IMG/VR virus record: IMGVR_UViG_3300029324_000094
Coordinates: 1-64,000 of that record
From: a virus
Strand: one strand, 5' to 3'
DNA: 64,000 nucleotides
Of this stretch, positions 1 to 11,500 are shown piece by piece. The notes under the pieces are model-generated. The model made no database searches and was not told the DNA's origin. It saw only the letters and a list, made by a program, of their open reading frames with translations. Position 1 is the stretch's first letter, and each line of letters begins with the position of its first letter. Made by a program: the position numbers and the translations under genes.

Positions 1-1053
1 AACAATAATATCTGTCGTAAGAGAGATATCCGGTACCGCTTTTTTAATCTTGTCTACAAGCTCAAGATAATGCTCTTTTGTATAGTGGCGGTTCATCTTC
101 TTTAAAATCCGGCTGCTTCCTGACTGAACCGGAAGATGCAGATGCCTGCAGATTTTTTTGGATCTGCTCATCACTTCGATCAGTTCATCCGACAGATCTT
201 TTGGATGGGACGTCATAAACCGGATTCTCTCCAGTCCCTCGATTTTTTCAATCTCCTGAAGAAGCTGTGCAAATGTCATCGGATGCTCCAGATTCTTTCC
301 ATAGGAATTGACATTCTGTCCCAGAAGCATAACCTCCACAACTCCGTCTGCTACGAGACGCTCAATCTCACGTACGATCGCTTTCGGGTCTCTGCTGCGT
401 TCCCTTCCACGCACATATGGTACAATACAGTAACTGCAGAAATTATTGCAGCCGAACATGATATTAACACCGGATTTGAAAGAATACTTTCTCTCAACCG
501 GAAGGTCTTCAACGATCTTATCTGTATCTTTCCAGATATCAATTACCATCCGGTCAGACTGCATGCTGTTCGTAAGAAGCTCTGCGAATTTGTATATATT
601 ATGTGTGCCGAAGATCAGGTCTACAAACCGGTAACTCTTTTTCAGTTTCTCTACAACCTCCGGTTCCTGCATCATACAGCCACATAAAGCGATCATCATA
701 TGCGGATTTTTTTTCTTGATCCTTCCAAGCTGTCCCAAGCGTCCGTAAACTCTTAAGTTTGCATTTTCCCGGACAGTACAGGTATTATAAATAACAAAAT
801 CTGCTTTCTCCTCGTCCGGTTCTTCCACATAACCGATCTGCTCTAAAATACCGACCAGTTTTTCGGAGTCGCGTGCATTCATCTGACAACCAAAGGTTAC
901 GGTACTCGCGGTTAAAGGACGTCCCAGCTTTTCAGACATCTCCTTTACATACTTTCGTGCTTTTTCAATAAAATAATACTGACGCTCCGGCTCAGTGGTC
1001 GGTGCCTCTATTTCAAGACTCTCAGAACCGGATAATTCCTCAACTATACTCAT
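1..1053 (-). CDS. miaB: MiaB-like tRNA methylthiotransferase (radical SAM), host gene; 3' end runs past the window start
   Basis: Minus-strand translation from the ATG at 1053 has an MTTase N-terminal domain (FGCQMNARDSEKL) and the radical-SAM motif CNNFCSYCIVP. Missing from the ORF table because it is open at the window edge. Confidence 0.7.
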   Translation of the reverse strand, partial: MSIVEELSGSESLEIEAPTTEPERQYYFIEKARKYVKEMSEKLGRPLTASTVTFGCQMNARDSEKLVGILEQIGYVEEPDEEKADFVIYNTCTVRENANLRVYGRLGQLGRIKKKNPHMMIALCGCMMQEPEVVEKLKKSYRFVDLIFGTHNIYKFAELLTNSMQSDRMVIDIWKDTDKIVEDLPVERKYSFKSGVNIMFGCNNFCSYCIVPYVRGRERSRDPKAIVREIERLVADGVVEVMLLGQNVNSYGKNLEHPMTFAQLLQEIEKIEGLERIRFMTSHPKDLSDELIEVMSRSKKICRHLHLPVQSGSSRILKKMNRHYTKEHYLELVDKIKKAVPDISLTTDIIV

Positions 1054-1126
1054 TATAAGCTTTCCTCTCTTAAATTTATGTATGCGATTTTATATTATAT
1101 CCGATACGGTCTGATTTTTCAATGAA

Positions 1127-1152
1127 AAGGCTACACTTTTATATGTAGCCTT
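1127..1152 (-). terminator. Rho-independent terminator downstream of the endolysin gene
   Basis: Inverted repeat AAGGCTACA/TGTAGCCTT followed by a U-rich tract on the minus-strand transcript, about 36 nt past the endolysin stop. Confidence 0.45.
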
Positions 1153-1189
1153 CTATGATGTAAAGGAATTTAATTCCAGTACCCTACTT

Positions 1190-2218
1190 TTATTTCACCC
1201 TGAGTTTCTGACCGGCATAAATTTTATTCGGATTTTTGATGCCGTTCAACGCTGCAATCTTCTGATAGGTTGTGCCGTATTTTGCTGCAATCTTTGACAG
1301 GGTATCACCGGATTTTACCGTATAGCATACAGCAGATGTTCCTGATCCACTTCCGTTGATTACTTTCTGCACTTCTGCATACCGTTTTCCGAGTACCGTC
1401 TTACGGGTATCACCATTGCCATATTTTCCCGCCTTTGTCTCTGCAGCAAGCGTGGAGACTGATGCGGATGCGATATGATTGATAAATGTCTGCACCTCGG
1501 AGTAACGACTGCCAAGCTTTGCCTTGCGTGTATCGCCATTACCATACTTGCCTGACAGCGTATCTACCACAAGCTGCAATGTTGTTCCAATCGGCACGAC
1601 TGCACTGGGACTGGATGCAGGCTGTGACGGCTTGCTGATCCCTGTGATTTCTGCCGGAAAATCACGATAGCAATAATTAACATCTACCCGTCCACTAATG
1701 CCCGGAACACTTCCATCGGAGCTGTACTGCCACATATCGGCTTTCATCCCAAGTGTACTATTATAGCGTGCGATCCACAGTGGATATCTTGTCCCCAGCG
1801 AACTCAAGTAATTATCCCACCATGATTTATTACAATACACTCCGCACTTATATCCTGCTGCTTCGATCAGTGCAGCGAATTTCTTCATACGGTCAACCGC
1901 ACCGTTCTGCGTTCCCGATTCTTCCAGATCATAAAATACCGGATATGAAAGTTTATATCCTTTCACCAGTCTCAGTACATGTCTTGCCTCTGACTCTGCC
2001 TGTGCAGTTGTCTTTGCATACGAATAAATATAAACACCAAACGGAATCCCCAGCTTGGTACATTCATTTGCATTTCTCTTCCACTGTGTATCATCCTGAG
2101 AGGTCAGATCATCCCCGTAGCCACACCGGATGATTACATGATATCCGGCTGCCTTAACTTTCTCCCAGTTAATAGTTCCCTGATGATACGATACGTCTAC
2201 TACATTAATCGTTGCCAT
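1190..2218 (-). CDS. Phage endolysin: GH25 muramidase, two CW_7 repeats and a C-terminal LysM
   Basis: N-terminal GH25-like region ([21 protein letters not shown]). Two repeats [18 protein letters not shown] match the CW_7 motif. C-terminal LysM ([29 protein letters not shown]). Confidence 0.85.
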   Translation of the reverse strand: MATINVVDVSYHQGTINWEKVKAAGYHVIIRCGYGDDLTSQDDTQWKRNANECTKLGIPFGVYIYSYAKTTAQAESEARHVLRLVKGYKLSYPVFYDLEESGTQNGAVDRMKKFAALIEAAGYKCGVYCNKSWWDNYLSSLGTRYPLWIARYNSTLGMKADMWQYSSDGSVPGISGRVDVNYCYRDFPAEITGISKPSQPASSPSAVVPIGTTLQLVVDTLSGKYGNGDTRKAKLGSRYSEVQTFINHIASASVSTLAAETKAGKYGNGDTRKTVLGKRYAEVQKVINGSGSGTSAVCYTVKSGDTLSKIAAKYGTTYQKIAALNGIKNPNKIYAGQKLRVK

Positions 2219-2220
2219 GA

Positions 2221-2643
2221 TTATTCTTCCTCCTTATCTGAATCTCTCAACTGTAAAAGTACATCTTTCAGCCGTTCCGGGATCGGAACAAATACCGCTG
2301 CATTTTCCAACAGGCTCAACGCTTCGTTGCAAATGTAAAATGTGATTACCACTTCCCGGAGTGGAATCGTGCCACCGATCAGCATCTGAATCAGGTAAGC
2401 CACAGCGATCACAATAAACATCACGATCTTTTTCAGCAATCCACGAAATCCCGTTTCGGACGAAAGCTGCTTCAAATAGATCCCTTTTAGCACTCCCGTA
2501 ACATAATCCAGCACTGCAAGACACACGATCGTCTTAAGCAGTACATCCCATCCTCCTAAAAAGTACGCAAGGACTCCACCCAGGAATCCAAACACAATGC
2601 TGATTTCATTAAATAACTTGTCCATCTTTTTCATATTCCTCAC
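2221..2643 (-). CDS. Phage holin (phage_holin_4_1-like)
   Basis: 140 aa with two or three TM segments and a charged C-terminus; sits immediately upstream of the endolysin gene. Confidence 0.75.
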   Translation of the reverse strand: MRNMKKMDKLFNEISIVFGFLGGVLAYFLGGWDVLLKTIVCLAVLDYVTGVLKGIYLKQLSSETGFRGLLKKIVMFIVIAVAYLIQMLIGGTIPLREVVITFYICNEALSLLENAAVFVPIPERLKDVLLQLRDSDKEEE

Positions 2644-2650
2644 TTTCCTT

Positions 2651-3778
2651 TCATCCTACTGCAAACACCGGGCGAACCCCATAAGTGCTTGTAGCCATAT
2701 CACTGCTAGCATCGCCGTATTGCGATATCAAGGTGTATGTCTGTGATCCTGCTACATTCCGCAACCAATAGTTTACACCAATAGTCTTCAATTCAGGAGC
2801 AAGCCGGAACAGTGCTAACTGTTGTGTATCGGATGTCTGCTTATTACTATTGTCAGTGCAAATATAAGTTCCATGCACCATTACTTCACTCATGAGATCC
2901 ACGGACGCATTTATCCAAGCTCCATCGGAAAACATTCTATGAGTTAGCAATAAACTTTTAAATGTATCCGGCAATGTTTTCGCTATATTATTCAATCGAG
3001 TCGATTTCATTTCCGAATTTCTATAACCACCGTACGTACTGTTGCTTGTATGCATCTGTCCGCTCCCTAACACAGTATCCGGGACTATTAATATATGGGG
3101 TTTTTGTACTTTTTCTGATTCCGGATAACCTACATTTTTCCAGTAATTTACGTCTGCTATCCGATATTTCACTCCATTTATCTCCCAGTAGTCACCAACA
3201 TACAAATCCGCAAAACTTCCATCCCGGATGACTTCCAGCTGCTCCTCCGTGATCGATTCTCCCAGATGTTTACCCCGGAAGATGTTCCGGTGCATTTCCG
3301 GTGACAATGCCGCCTGTATATACACGCTGACTGCCTGCTCCACCATCTCAGGACTGGCGGCAAACCTTCCGGCATCCGCATCATCCCGGACTGACTGGGC
3401 GATCTGCCGTGTCTCGTCCACCTTTTCAAGAATCTGCTGCCATACTGTCGGCTCAGGATTGGATGGAGTACCACCGGAAAGAGTAGCCGGAACCGTAAAG
3501 CTCTTGATATCGGTCGTGATAACCGTCTCGCCTAGCGTCCCGGATACGGATACCCCGACCCGTCCCGGTGCGGTAAGAGCCTCTGCCGGAACAGTGCAGG
3601 TATCATCTTCCAGAAGTTTCGGATGATTTTCCCCGTCTGCTCCCCGGAAGAAAGCCGTCTTCGTCATTCCATCCCATTCCTCTGAGAAGCTGAACTCTGC
3701 TTTCAGATACTCCCTTGTTCCCTCTGCTGTCTCAGGTGGCTCAAGATAGAGCCGCTGATTTACTACTTTGATTTTCAT
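2651..3778 (-). CDS. Putative tail fibre / receptor-binding protein with C-terminal YWLR...GVRP domain
   Basis: 375 aa between the tail genes and the lysis cassette. The C-terminal YWLRNVAGS...YGVRPVFAV motif recurs in ORF 45538..46143. Confidence 0.4.
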   Translation of the reverse strand: MKIKVVNQRLYLEPPETAEGTREYLKAEFSFSEEWDGMTKTAFFRGADGENHPKLLEDDTCTVPAEALTAPGRVGVSVSGTLGETVITTDIKSFTVPATLSGGTPSNPEPTVWQQILEKVDETRQIAQSVRDDADAGRFAASPEMVEQAVSVYIQAALSPEMHRNIFRGKHLGESITEEQLEVIRDGSFADLYVGDYWEINGVKYRIADVNYWKNVGYPESEKVQKPHILIVPDTVLGSGQMHTSNSTYGGYRNSEMKSTRLNNIAKTLPDTFKSLLLTHRMFSDGAWINASVDLMSEVMVHGTYICTDNSNKQTSDTQQLALFRLAPELKTIGVNYWLRNVAGSQTYTLISQYGDASSDMATSTYGVRPVFAVG

Positions 3779-3821
3779 GCTTTTGTATACCCCATTGTCT
3801 TTCTCTCATCTACAAATATTT

Positions 3822-4232
3822 TTAAAATAATTTATATCTTGGCATTTCTTCTCCCCACAGCAGATGTCGAATCCAATCGTCAAGAACAACTGCAATGGCA
3901 GACAAAAGAAACCACAAAATCGAAAACGGAAGACAGATTTGCCCCAGCAGATTGAATGGCATATTGCTGTAATCCCATACATTCCAGCCAAGCAATAGAT
4001 TTACGATGCAACCGCACACAAACTCCAATAATGTAATCACTGCCGACCCTATAACCATCTGTTTCGCAAGTGCCATGCTGCGATATTTTTCATTGATGCA
4101 CCCAATCAAAAAGAACGCTACGCCACCAACAATAAACATTGTCCAGTGGGTTCGTCCTCGTGCAACAACCTCAAGTAGCATATAAATAAGGCCGCCAATC
4201 CCAAATAAAATCAGCGGTCTTATTCTCCTCAT
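3822..4232 (-). CDS. Multi-pass membrane protein (moron; resembles putative ABC-transporter type IV / CmpB-like proteins)
   Basis: 136 aa with four hydrophobic segments. Confidence 0.4.
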   Translation of the reverse strand: MRRIRPLILFGIGGLIYMLLEVVARGRTHWTMFIVGGVAFFLIGCINEKYRSMALAKQMVIGSAVITLLEFVCGCIVNLLLGWNVWDYSNMPFNLLGQICLPFSILWFLLSAIAVVLDDWIRHLLWGEEMPRYKLF

Positions 4233-4939
4233 GATTTTTGAGCCAGCATTGCTTTCAGCGGCTCAGACTGATAATTGACCGGGATATCCATTCCATAGAC
4301 AACTCGTTCAACCTCTTCTTTGTTTTTCAGTGATCGAATATAAATTCTCAGGTCACGAAAATAAGTAACATGCCATGTAACATATCCCATTGCTTTTGAT
4401 GTAATCCTAGCCATGTCCTCATTGCTATAGAACTTGCAATGTTTGTCCTCATCAGACGTGTGCCACGGAATATTTTCTTCTCTTGCCATAACCTGTGCTT
4501 GCAGTCCAACGAGGCTTGTCTGGTCGTGTTCTGTCAACGTAAAATGTTCGGTACTTCCATCGGATAGAACAACATCAATCCCTTGTGCAATTAATGCCTG
4601 CTGCGTATCATTCATTTCAATTACTTTCGATTCTATCACTTCTTCAAGCGTTTCCGGCATAATTGGAACTGGTTCAGGCTCTTCATACACGCTCCCGTCA
4701 TTGGAAAGAATATACCCATCATCAAACACCCGATACAATGTTGTGAAATCTTCGTATTTTCCGTAAACGTTTCCAGCATCATTAAGAAGATAAAAGCCGG
4801 AAAGATTCTGATCGCATCCTGTAATCTGTATCAGATTACTTGCAATCACAGACACGGAGCCATTAACAAGATTCATTTTGTCCAAAAATAAGATATTCAT
4901 ATGTGCCTCCTCGCTACGATTTTGCAATCCATACGCCAT
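4229..4939 (-). CDS. Tail fibre-associated protein (DUF4376-like chaperone?)
   Basis: 236 aa; position within the tail-fibre module only. Confidence 0.3.
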   Translation of the reverse strand: MAYGLQNRSEEAHMNILFLDKMNLVNGSVSVIASNLIQITGCDQNLSGFYLLNDAGNVYGKYEDFTTLYRVFDDGYILSNDGSVYEEPEPVPIMPETLEEVIESKVIEMNDTQQALIAQGIDVVLSDGSTEHFTLTEHDQTSLVGLQAQVMAREENIPWHTSDEDKHCKFYSNEDMARITSKAMGYVTWHVTYFRDLRIYIRSLKNKEEVERVVYGMDIPVNYQSEPLKAMLAQKS

Positions 4940-5552
4940 GGAATTTATAAAAATCCCTTACCGCTGGTGTGGAGAAATAAATAACGCCCGTAGTATCAAC
5001 ATACGACATCACAGCAACTCCGTTTCCCCAACTCTGCGAACATCCTACGCACTGGATGTGCGTTGCTACAGTGGGTCTAAGCTCTGCTGGAATAGCCTCC
5101 GAATTGATGCCATACAAGTTGTTAGCAATTAATGTAGTTCCGCTTTTAGCATTGAGAGATACATTGAAATGTACCTCCCTGCCGATTTTGTAAGCCGAAA
5201 ACGCAGATACGTTATAAAATGGCTGGATATGAAACATTGACTGTGCGTAGCTGACAGGGGTAATCATGTCATACAATTCCTTTACAGCTTTTGCATCAAC
5301 AAAATATCCCTCTTCCGTGACAAGGCTCACTTCACTCAAGGATACAATCTTATTCGCATGGATATCATTCAATGCCTTTCTTTCTTCTATTATCTCTTTT
5401 GCTCCATAGACTGTTCCTTTTTGAGCATACGCAGTCAAATCTTCCAAAGAAATTGTCCCGTCAGTATTGATAGTCTGACGATATTTTCTTTGCGTATTTA
5501 CGCTTGATAATATCTCATCTTTAAAGTCTAAAGATAATGGTGTATATTGCAT
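4914..5552 (-). CDS. Putative tail fibre / baseplate upper protein
   Basis: 212 aa, downstream of Tal. Confidence 0.35.
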   Translation of the reverse strand: MQYTPLSLDFKDEILSSVNTQRKYRQTINTDGTISLEDLTAYAQKGTVYGAKEIIEERKALNDIHANKIVSLSEVSLVTEEGYFVDAKAVKELYDMITPVSYAQSMFHIQPFYNVSAFSAYKIGREVHFNVSLNAKSGTTLIANNLYGINSEAIPAELRPTVATHIQCVGCSQSWGNGVAVMSYVDTTGVIYFSTPAVRDFYKFHGVWIAKS

Positions 5553-5564
5553 CTCCTAACCCTC

Positions 5565-6005
5565 CTAACATTTTATCGCTGACTGAACTCGCCCCAGCAC
5601 AATAGATAACCTCTGCTGCGTCAGCTTTTGTGTGGTATAGCCATTGTAAAAAGCAAGGCAGGAGCTTTCCAGTCTGTTCAAGTCTTCGTAGGACGGTGTT
5701 CTGCCGTTGTCTATCCACATTTTTTTATCCGTATCAGCAAAAGCAAACGTATCATTCATTAGCGATTCTAAATTATCCTCTAGGGAATTAAATTCGTCCG
5801 CATACGGAAAGTCTGCATAACTTGCTTTATCGCTCCCCATTTCTTTCATTGAAACATCAGCATATAGCGTTAGTGCAACTCCCTGTAGGTACGCTATATT
5901 GTTTTTGATTCGGTTGTAATCTTCGTAATTGAAGTAATCGCTTTCAGACCAATCTGTTTTTGGCTCTTTCCACATTTCCTTTTCTCCTTGTTCTGAGTCC
6001 ACCAC
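5565..6005 (-). CDS. Phage tail-associated hypothetical protein
   Basis: 146 aa ORF overlapping the Tal stop. Confidence 0.35.
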   Translation of the reverse strand: MVDSEQGEKEMWKEPKTDWSESDYFNYEDYNRIKNNIAYLQGVALTLYADVSMKEMGSDKASYADFPYADEFNSLEDNLESLMNDTFAFADTDKKMWIDNGRTPSYEDLNRLESSCLAFYNGYTTQKLTQQRLSIVLGRVQSAIKC

Positions 6006-8187
6006 TCAAAGCTCCGGCATCATATGAAATCTGAGACTCTTCAACCACAGCTTGCAGAGAGGAATCATATTTATTTTCCTGCCGGATCGTGTCTCCACAA
6101 TCTATCGCTGGCTCTCCACGATAATCAAGTTCATATTCTATGCCGGACGAATAATAATCTCCAACCCATTCAGCAAGCTCTCTACTATGTTCCAGGTCGG
6201 AAATTAACGGGTTGTTCCATTCCTTATCATTACCACGGTTATTTACCGATTGAACGGTATAGGCTGTCGAAATGTTATATTTATACCCCCTAACCGATAT
6301 GCTCACCTCTGCCCCAACAGAAACACCTGACAGGGCAATTTCCACATAATAAGCACCTGATGACACGATAGACGCTGACTGACCGCTTTTCCCGTTCTGA
6401 ATACTTGCAACGTAGCCGTAACTCGGCTCAGAAACATAATAAATAGAGCTATTTCCGTCATAGGTAAATGTTTCAGAAACAAGCTCATCCAACGTATTGC
6501 CTTTTGAGTAAAGGTATCTTGCAACCTTTATATTTTTTACTTTATCAAGCTGCGTACCTATAGGAGTAGAATACAAATCATCATACTCAATCTTATACGC
6601 CGTTTCGGATCCGATGGAGATATAATTTACATGGACTCTGCTATTCGATGGCATTTCCGTAAATTCGATTTCCATTTTGTCATACTCTTTGAAATCGTAT
6701 TGAATCTCAAATTCCTGAACGATGCCGGAACTAATCACCAGTGTGTCATTCAATACATTGTCAGCGTACGTCCGTATAATAAACTTTTTCGGAAGAATAT
6801 TTCCAAACTCAATAAAAAGTCCATAGGATTTATATTTTGCCTCAAGCGTCCGTGTAATAACTGGATTTTGCGTAAAGGTTCCGTCATCCTTACTGATTGC
6901 CGCACTCACGTATCCAGAGTTTAAAACACCAACTCTTTTTAGAAACAAGGATTTCCCATCCGCTTTCCATCCATTTTTTTCATATGTTGCAAAAACATCT
7001 TTTTCATTCTGAACATCGACACTGCTCACATCGGAATAGTAAGTTGTTCCATTGGAACTTGTTTCACATTCAGGGATGAATAATGAATGGATCCTGATTC
7101 GTCCATATCTGTCATAATCCAGTACGCAACGTCCGGCATTTGCAATGATCTGTAATGCCTCCTTGTGCGTTACGTTTGGAAGTGGATTGTGTACTTTTAC
7201 TTTCTTCAAATACGTGTCTATGTCGTATTCGTCAGGCGTTATCCCAGCATCAGCAAACACTTGTTCAGCTAAATCATACAATGAAATTCCGTCCGTATAA
7301 TATTCACCTTTGTGATACTCATCACTCATGAACTGCAATACATCTACAGCCTTAATGGTTGCTTGTTCGTCATCAGCACTCCATTCATGGACATATAAAG
7401 AATGCATCTGCATCCACTCAACACTCCCTGAGTCCAATTTATACCCCATCAAGACATTGATTTTCTGACCACTTTCTAAGAAGTTGATTTCAGATGCCGG
7501 ATTGTCCACGTTGAAGATCTGATTATCATTATTAAGGGTTATTGAAAATTCTGATTGAGGAAGATCATCATTAATAGCAGACAAACTTGTTGTACTACTC
7601 GCCTCTTTAATCCATTCGTTGTCATATTCAAGTCCGAGTCCGAACTGAATATAATCAATTCTCACTCGGTTATTTGGGAAACGCATCTCTATGATCGACA
7701 ATTCGATGGATTCCGTATTCTCAAATACGCTGTCCGTCTCAAATGTCGCATTTGCGTTATTATACTGGTTCACTTCACCACTATCGGTCATGATTGTAAA
7801 TTTAGTTGGATAATTTTCTCCAAACCGAATTGTCAGACCTTTAATGTCTGACTTCCCACATCCGAACACAAATTTCACACTAAATGTTCCAGCAAAGAGA
7901 TTCTTCGATGTAATTCCATCTTTTGAATAATCATTTTCACTTCTCGGAAGAAAGTACATTCCACCATCAGCTCGAAACATATTTTTTTCATAGGTCGCAT
8001 ATCTTTTCACGGTATGCTGACTGTATAGGGATGTTGGATCAGAAAAACCGTTATACTTCTCCTGATCCTGCAGCTCCGCAGACTGTTGAGCATCCTGATT
8101 AATCAATCCTAACTGGACTTTCATAAAAGATTGATTTCTAACAGGACGCTTCATTAAGTCTTTATATTCTTGTGAAGTCTGATACAT
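5944..8187 (-). CDS. Tail-associated lysin / prophage tail endopeptidase-family protein (Tal)
   Basis: 747 aa, second gene after the tape measure gene, the canonical Tal position in siphoviruses. Confidence 0.55.
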   Translation of the reverse strand: MYQTSQEYKDLMKRPVRNQSFMKVQLGLINQDAQQSAELQDQEKYNGFSDPTSLYSQHTVKRYATYEKNMFRADGGMYFLPRSENDYSKDGITSKNLFAGTFSVKFVFGCGKSDIKGLTIRFGENYPTKFTIMTDSGEVNQYNNANATFETDSVFENTESIELSIIEMRFPNNRVRIDYIQFGLGLEYDNEWIKEASSTTSLSAINDDLPQSEFSITLNNDNQIFNVDNPASEINFLESGQKINVLMGYKLDSGSVEWMQMHSLYVHEWSADDEQATIKAVDVLQFMSDEYHKGEYYTDGISLYDLAEQVFADAGITPDEYDIDTYLKKVKVHNPLPNVTHKEALQIIANAGRCVLDYDRYGRIRIHSLFIPECETSSNGTTYYSDVSSVDVQNEKDVFATYEKNGWKADGKSLFLKRVGVLNSGYVSAAISKDDGTFTQNPVITRTLEAKYKSYGLFIEFGNILPKKFIIRTYADNVLNDTLVISSGIVQEFEIQYDFKEYDKMEIEFTEMPSNSRVHVNYISIGSETAYKIEYDDLYSTPIGTQLDKVKNIKVARYLYSKGNTLDELVSETFTYDGNSSIYYVSEPSYGYVASIQNGKSGQSASIVSSGAYYVEIALSGVSVGAEVSISVRGYKYNISTAYTVQSVNNRGNDKEWNNPLISDLEHSRELAEWVGDYYSSGIEYELDYRGEPAIDCGDTIRQENKYDSSLQAVVEESQISYDAGALSGGLRTRRKGNVERAKNRLV

Positions 8188-8190
8188 TCA

Positions 8191-8583
8191 TTACCACCCC
8201 GCATCAATAATGTTGACCTTGCAATTTATGTAAGACAGAACTCTCCCCTCAGAATCGATCTTGAAAACGTCTGCCGTCCTGTCCCCCGGATACATAGTCA
8301 GTGTTCGCCAGTTATTGTTTACCATGTCCCAAAACTGAACAGTGAAAAAATAATTTTTATCAAATTCTTTTAGCATATCGGACCATGTTTTCGCATCCAA
8401 GTACGGCCATTCAAGGTTGTTGATCTTGTAGTTATCTCTTCCAATTTTCTGACCAACAACCTTATTATTAGCATTTCGAGCAGCATTTACCGCTGTGGTA
8501 ACTACCATATTGGGATACCGTTTCGGTGTTGGAAACGGCTTTCCATTTATCCGTATGAAATTAGATATATGCCTTGCTGCCAT
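8191..8583 (-). CDS. Small distal-tail (Dit-like) component
   Basis: 130 aa immediately after the tape measure gene. Confidence 0.35.
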   Translation of the reverse strand: MAARHISNFIRINGKPFPTPKRYPNMVVTTAVNAARNANNKVVGQKIGRDNYKINNLEWPYLDAKTWSDMLKEFDKNYFFTVQFWDMVNNNWRTLTMYPGDRTADVFKIDSEGRVLSYINCKVNIIDAGW

Positions 8584-8595
8584 CTCCTACACCTC

Positions 8596-11500
8596 CTAAG
8601 TTGGCGAAAAAGAAAAGCCCGCATTATTGCGTGCTTTTGAAATCTGCTTATCAACTCTCTTACTATCCATATTTACACTCACGTTTTTCCTGAGTATTGC
8701 TTTCTGATATTCAATAACCTCTCTCAATAAAGCATTCGTCTCATCATTTGCACGCTCCACACCGGAACTTACAGACTCAACGATTTGGCTATTATTTGCT
8801 ACCACATGGCGATTTCCAATGTTTCCGATATACTCAGAGCCGAATCCATTTTCATTTGCCACATAAATCTCACCATTGAGCGGCATTCCACCAGTCTTAT
8901 ATCCTTTGTATCCTCTTGCAGTCCAACCGCTATACAGACTTCCATACCTTGATACTGTATAACGGATAGATGCAAGCATATTGGATAACGGGTCATAAAT
9001 ATTGGAGTTGTATCCCTCTAACGCATTCGCTTTAAAGGTTGAATCAATCACCTGCATCAGACCCTTTGACGGAGTTCCTTTCTTTGCATTGGAATCCCAG
9101 TTATTAATTGCATAAGGATTTCCACCTGACTCATGTTGCATCTGTTTCAGCAATGCATTCAGATTGTCCTCTGAAAACTGCTTTGTCATCTGCAATGCCT
9201 TTTTTGCAAGTTCTCTCCACTGCTCAACTCCACCGGATGGCGAATAATCCATGCTTGTTCCACTGAACAGATCCTTGACTTTGGAAACCACTGAATCAAA
9301 CAACTTATTAATGGATGTCTTTGCAATAGTAAGTCCGGGTTCTAACGCCCCCGTGAAGTCAGTAAACTTGTCGATAGCCAACTGAACCAACTTTTTAGGA
9401 TGCGTTGCATAATCAAATACATTTCCGGTAAAGCTTTTGAATGACTCCCACGCACTACCTATAAGATCTCCAATACCACTCTTGAAGTGTGGCATACTCT
9501 GCATCTGCATAAGAGCTGCTGTCTTTCCAGCTGGAAGAACTTTTGTTCCCTTTGGCATAGGCAGTACCACATTGCGTCCCGTAGGAATAATTGTCTTTCC
9601 GTTCGGGAATTGAACCAGCTCACGATACGTGCTACCTGATTGGTCATTTACAACACCCAATGTATCATGAGCAACCCCGTTGGTTCCTGTTGCAAATGCT
9701 GGAATCAGGTCGCTGTCACCTCCAAGTTTTTTGTAAATCCAGTTCACAGCTTTCCGAACCGCATCCAACGCTCCCTTAATCGGCTTACTAATCCACCCCG
9801 CAACTTTTTCAAAGTATCCACCGATATTATCAAAAATTTTGGTGATGCCACTATAGGCTTTTTGGAATGTTTTACTAAACCAATCCGCTATAGGTTTTAC
9901 ACTGTTGCGGATATCGGATATACGCTCAGAAAACCAAGTTCCAATAAATTTAAAAGGAGCTTCCGCAAGCGTCTTTGCGGCAGAGAATTTCTTCGAGAAC
10001 CACTCACTTACCGGCTCAAAAACATATTGAATTCCCTGCCAAATTCCGGAAAAGAATCCATCTCCATCAGACCACGCCTGCTGAGCCACTCCCCATCCAC
10101 TCTGAAATCTAGCTCCAACTTCTATCGCCGTATCTGTTGCTTCTTCCCTAATGTTCTTAAACGTTGTTGCAATACCTATGGCTGATGTAGGTGGAAATGA
10201 AATTTCTGGAAGCTCAACCTCTTCTCCAAACATCTTTTTGATTATTTCCTGTCCGAAACCTCTTGCAAAATCATTTGGCAAGTCAAGCAACGCATCGGAT
10301 AATGCCAGAAAAAATTGAGCAAGATCCCATGTGAGTCCCGCCCAATCAATTCCGCAAATAAAATCCACAAGCTTTTGCCCTATAGTTTCAAAGGTCTCAT
10401 CATCATCTAATGTGTTGATAAAGCTTGTCATTGACTCAAGTATGCCTTTTACAAAATTACTGAAAGTCTCTGCCGTAAGTCCCGCATCCCAATTTTCAAA
10501 AAAACCAGTTATGCTACTTGCCAAAGATGCACCCAAATTAGACCAGTCAAAATTTATATTGAATGCATTGGCGGCATGAAAAGCTGTATTTATAGAATTA
10601 GCAACGGTTCCTCCCAAATCATAAAAAAGCCTCGGTGAAATCAATCCGTTAAGGAATGTCGCCAAGTCTTTTCCAAAATTATCGGCCTTATGATAAACAG
10701 ATTCCCACGGGATACCCTCCAAGGCGGAACTTAGTTTATCCCCAATGATCGCTCCGATTTCAGTGAAGTCAGACTTTGCTATAGCATCCTTAAACATATC
10801 AGCCAATTTATTCATCGAACTGGAAACTTCAATCGTTTCAAACATTTCAGACGGAGATGGTCCGCTCGAACTGCCGCCTGAACCGCTACTTCCGGACGAA
10901 CCACTATTATCATTCGGCTGGACAACGTTCAGCTCATCAATTCCCAATGTATAGTTCTGTAAATCCTTAAGAGCTTTTTCAGCACTGTTAGCTGATTTCT
11001 TGGTTGCATCCAATCCAGATGCATAGTCTTTCCACGCCTTTTTGGCTTGTACGACATAGCCTTTCCCTGTGAGTGCTGCCATAAACTGGCCAACTGCATT
11101 CAAAGCACTTGCAATCATGTCAATGAATGTAGATATATATGGACCTACCACATTAATAATCGGGGCAAAAGCGACAGCCCATGCATTCTTCATGTAAAGA
11201 AGTGAGCTAACCATGCCAGAAATACTCTTGTTATACTCGGAACTATACTGAGTTAAGTTATCTGACCCTTCTTTGATTGCCTGTTTTATCTTGCTTATTA
11301 ATCCAAAAATGGTTGAAAACATGATGGATGAACCAATCATTCTTCCAATCGACATTCCTCGCCGTGATTGCTTGGTATTCGTTGACCCCATTAATTCTTT
11401 TAGTGTTTTTATCGGATGTATAGCCTTACTCGCAACCGTCTTTGCATTTGCAATCGTCTTCGCCATCTTGTCGAAAGATTTTTTCACGGAATTAATCCAT

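Noticed and set aside
136-687. Plus-strand ORFs 136..687, 351..542 and 446..634
   Set aside because: Antisense to the well-supported miaB-like gene.
1054-1189. Candidate attL between miaB and the endolysin gene
   Set aside because: Serine-integrase att cores are very short and the attR side lies outside the window, so the junction cannot be identified from sequence alone.
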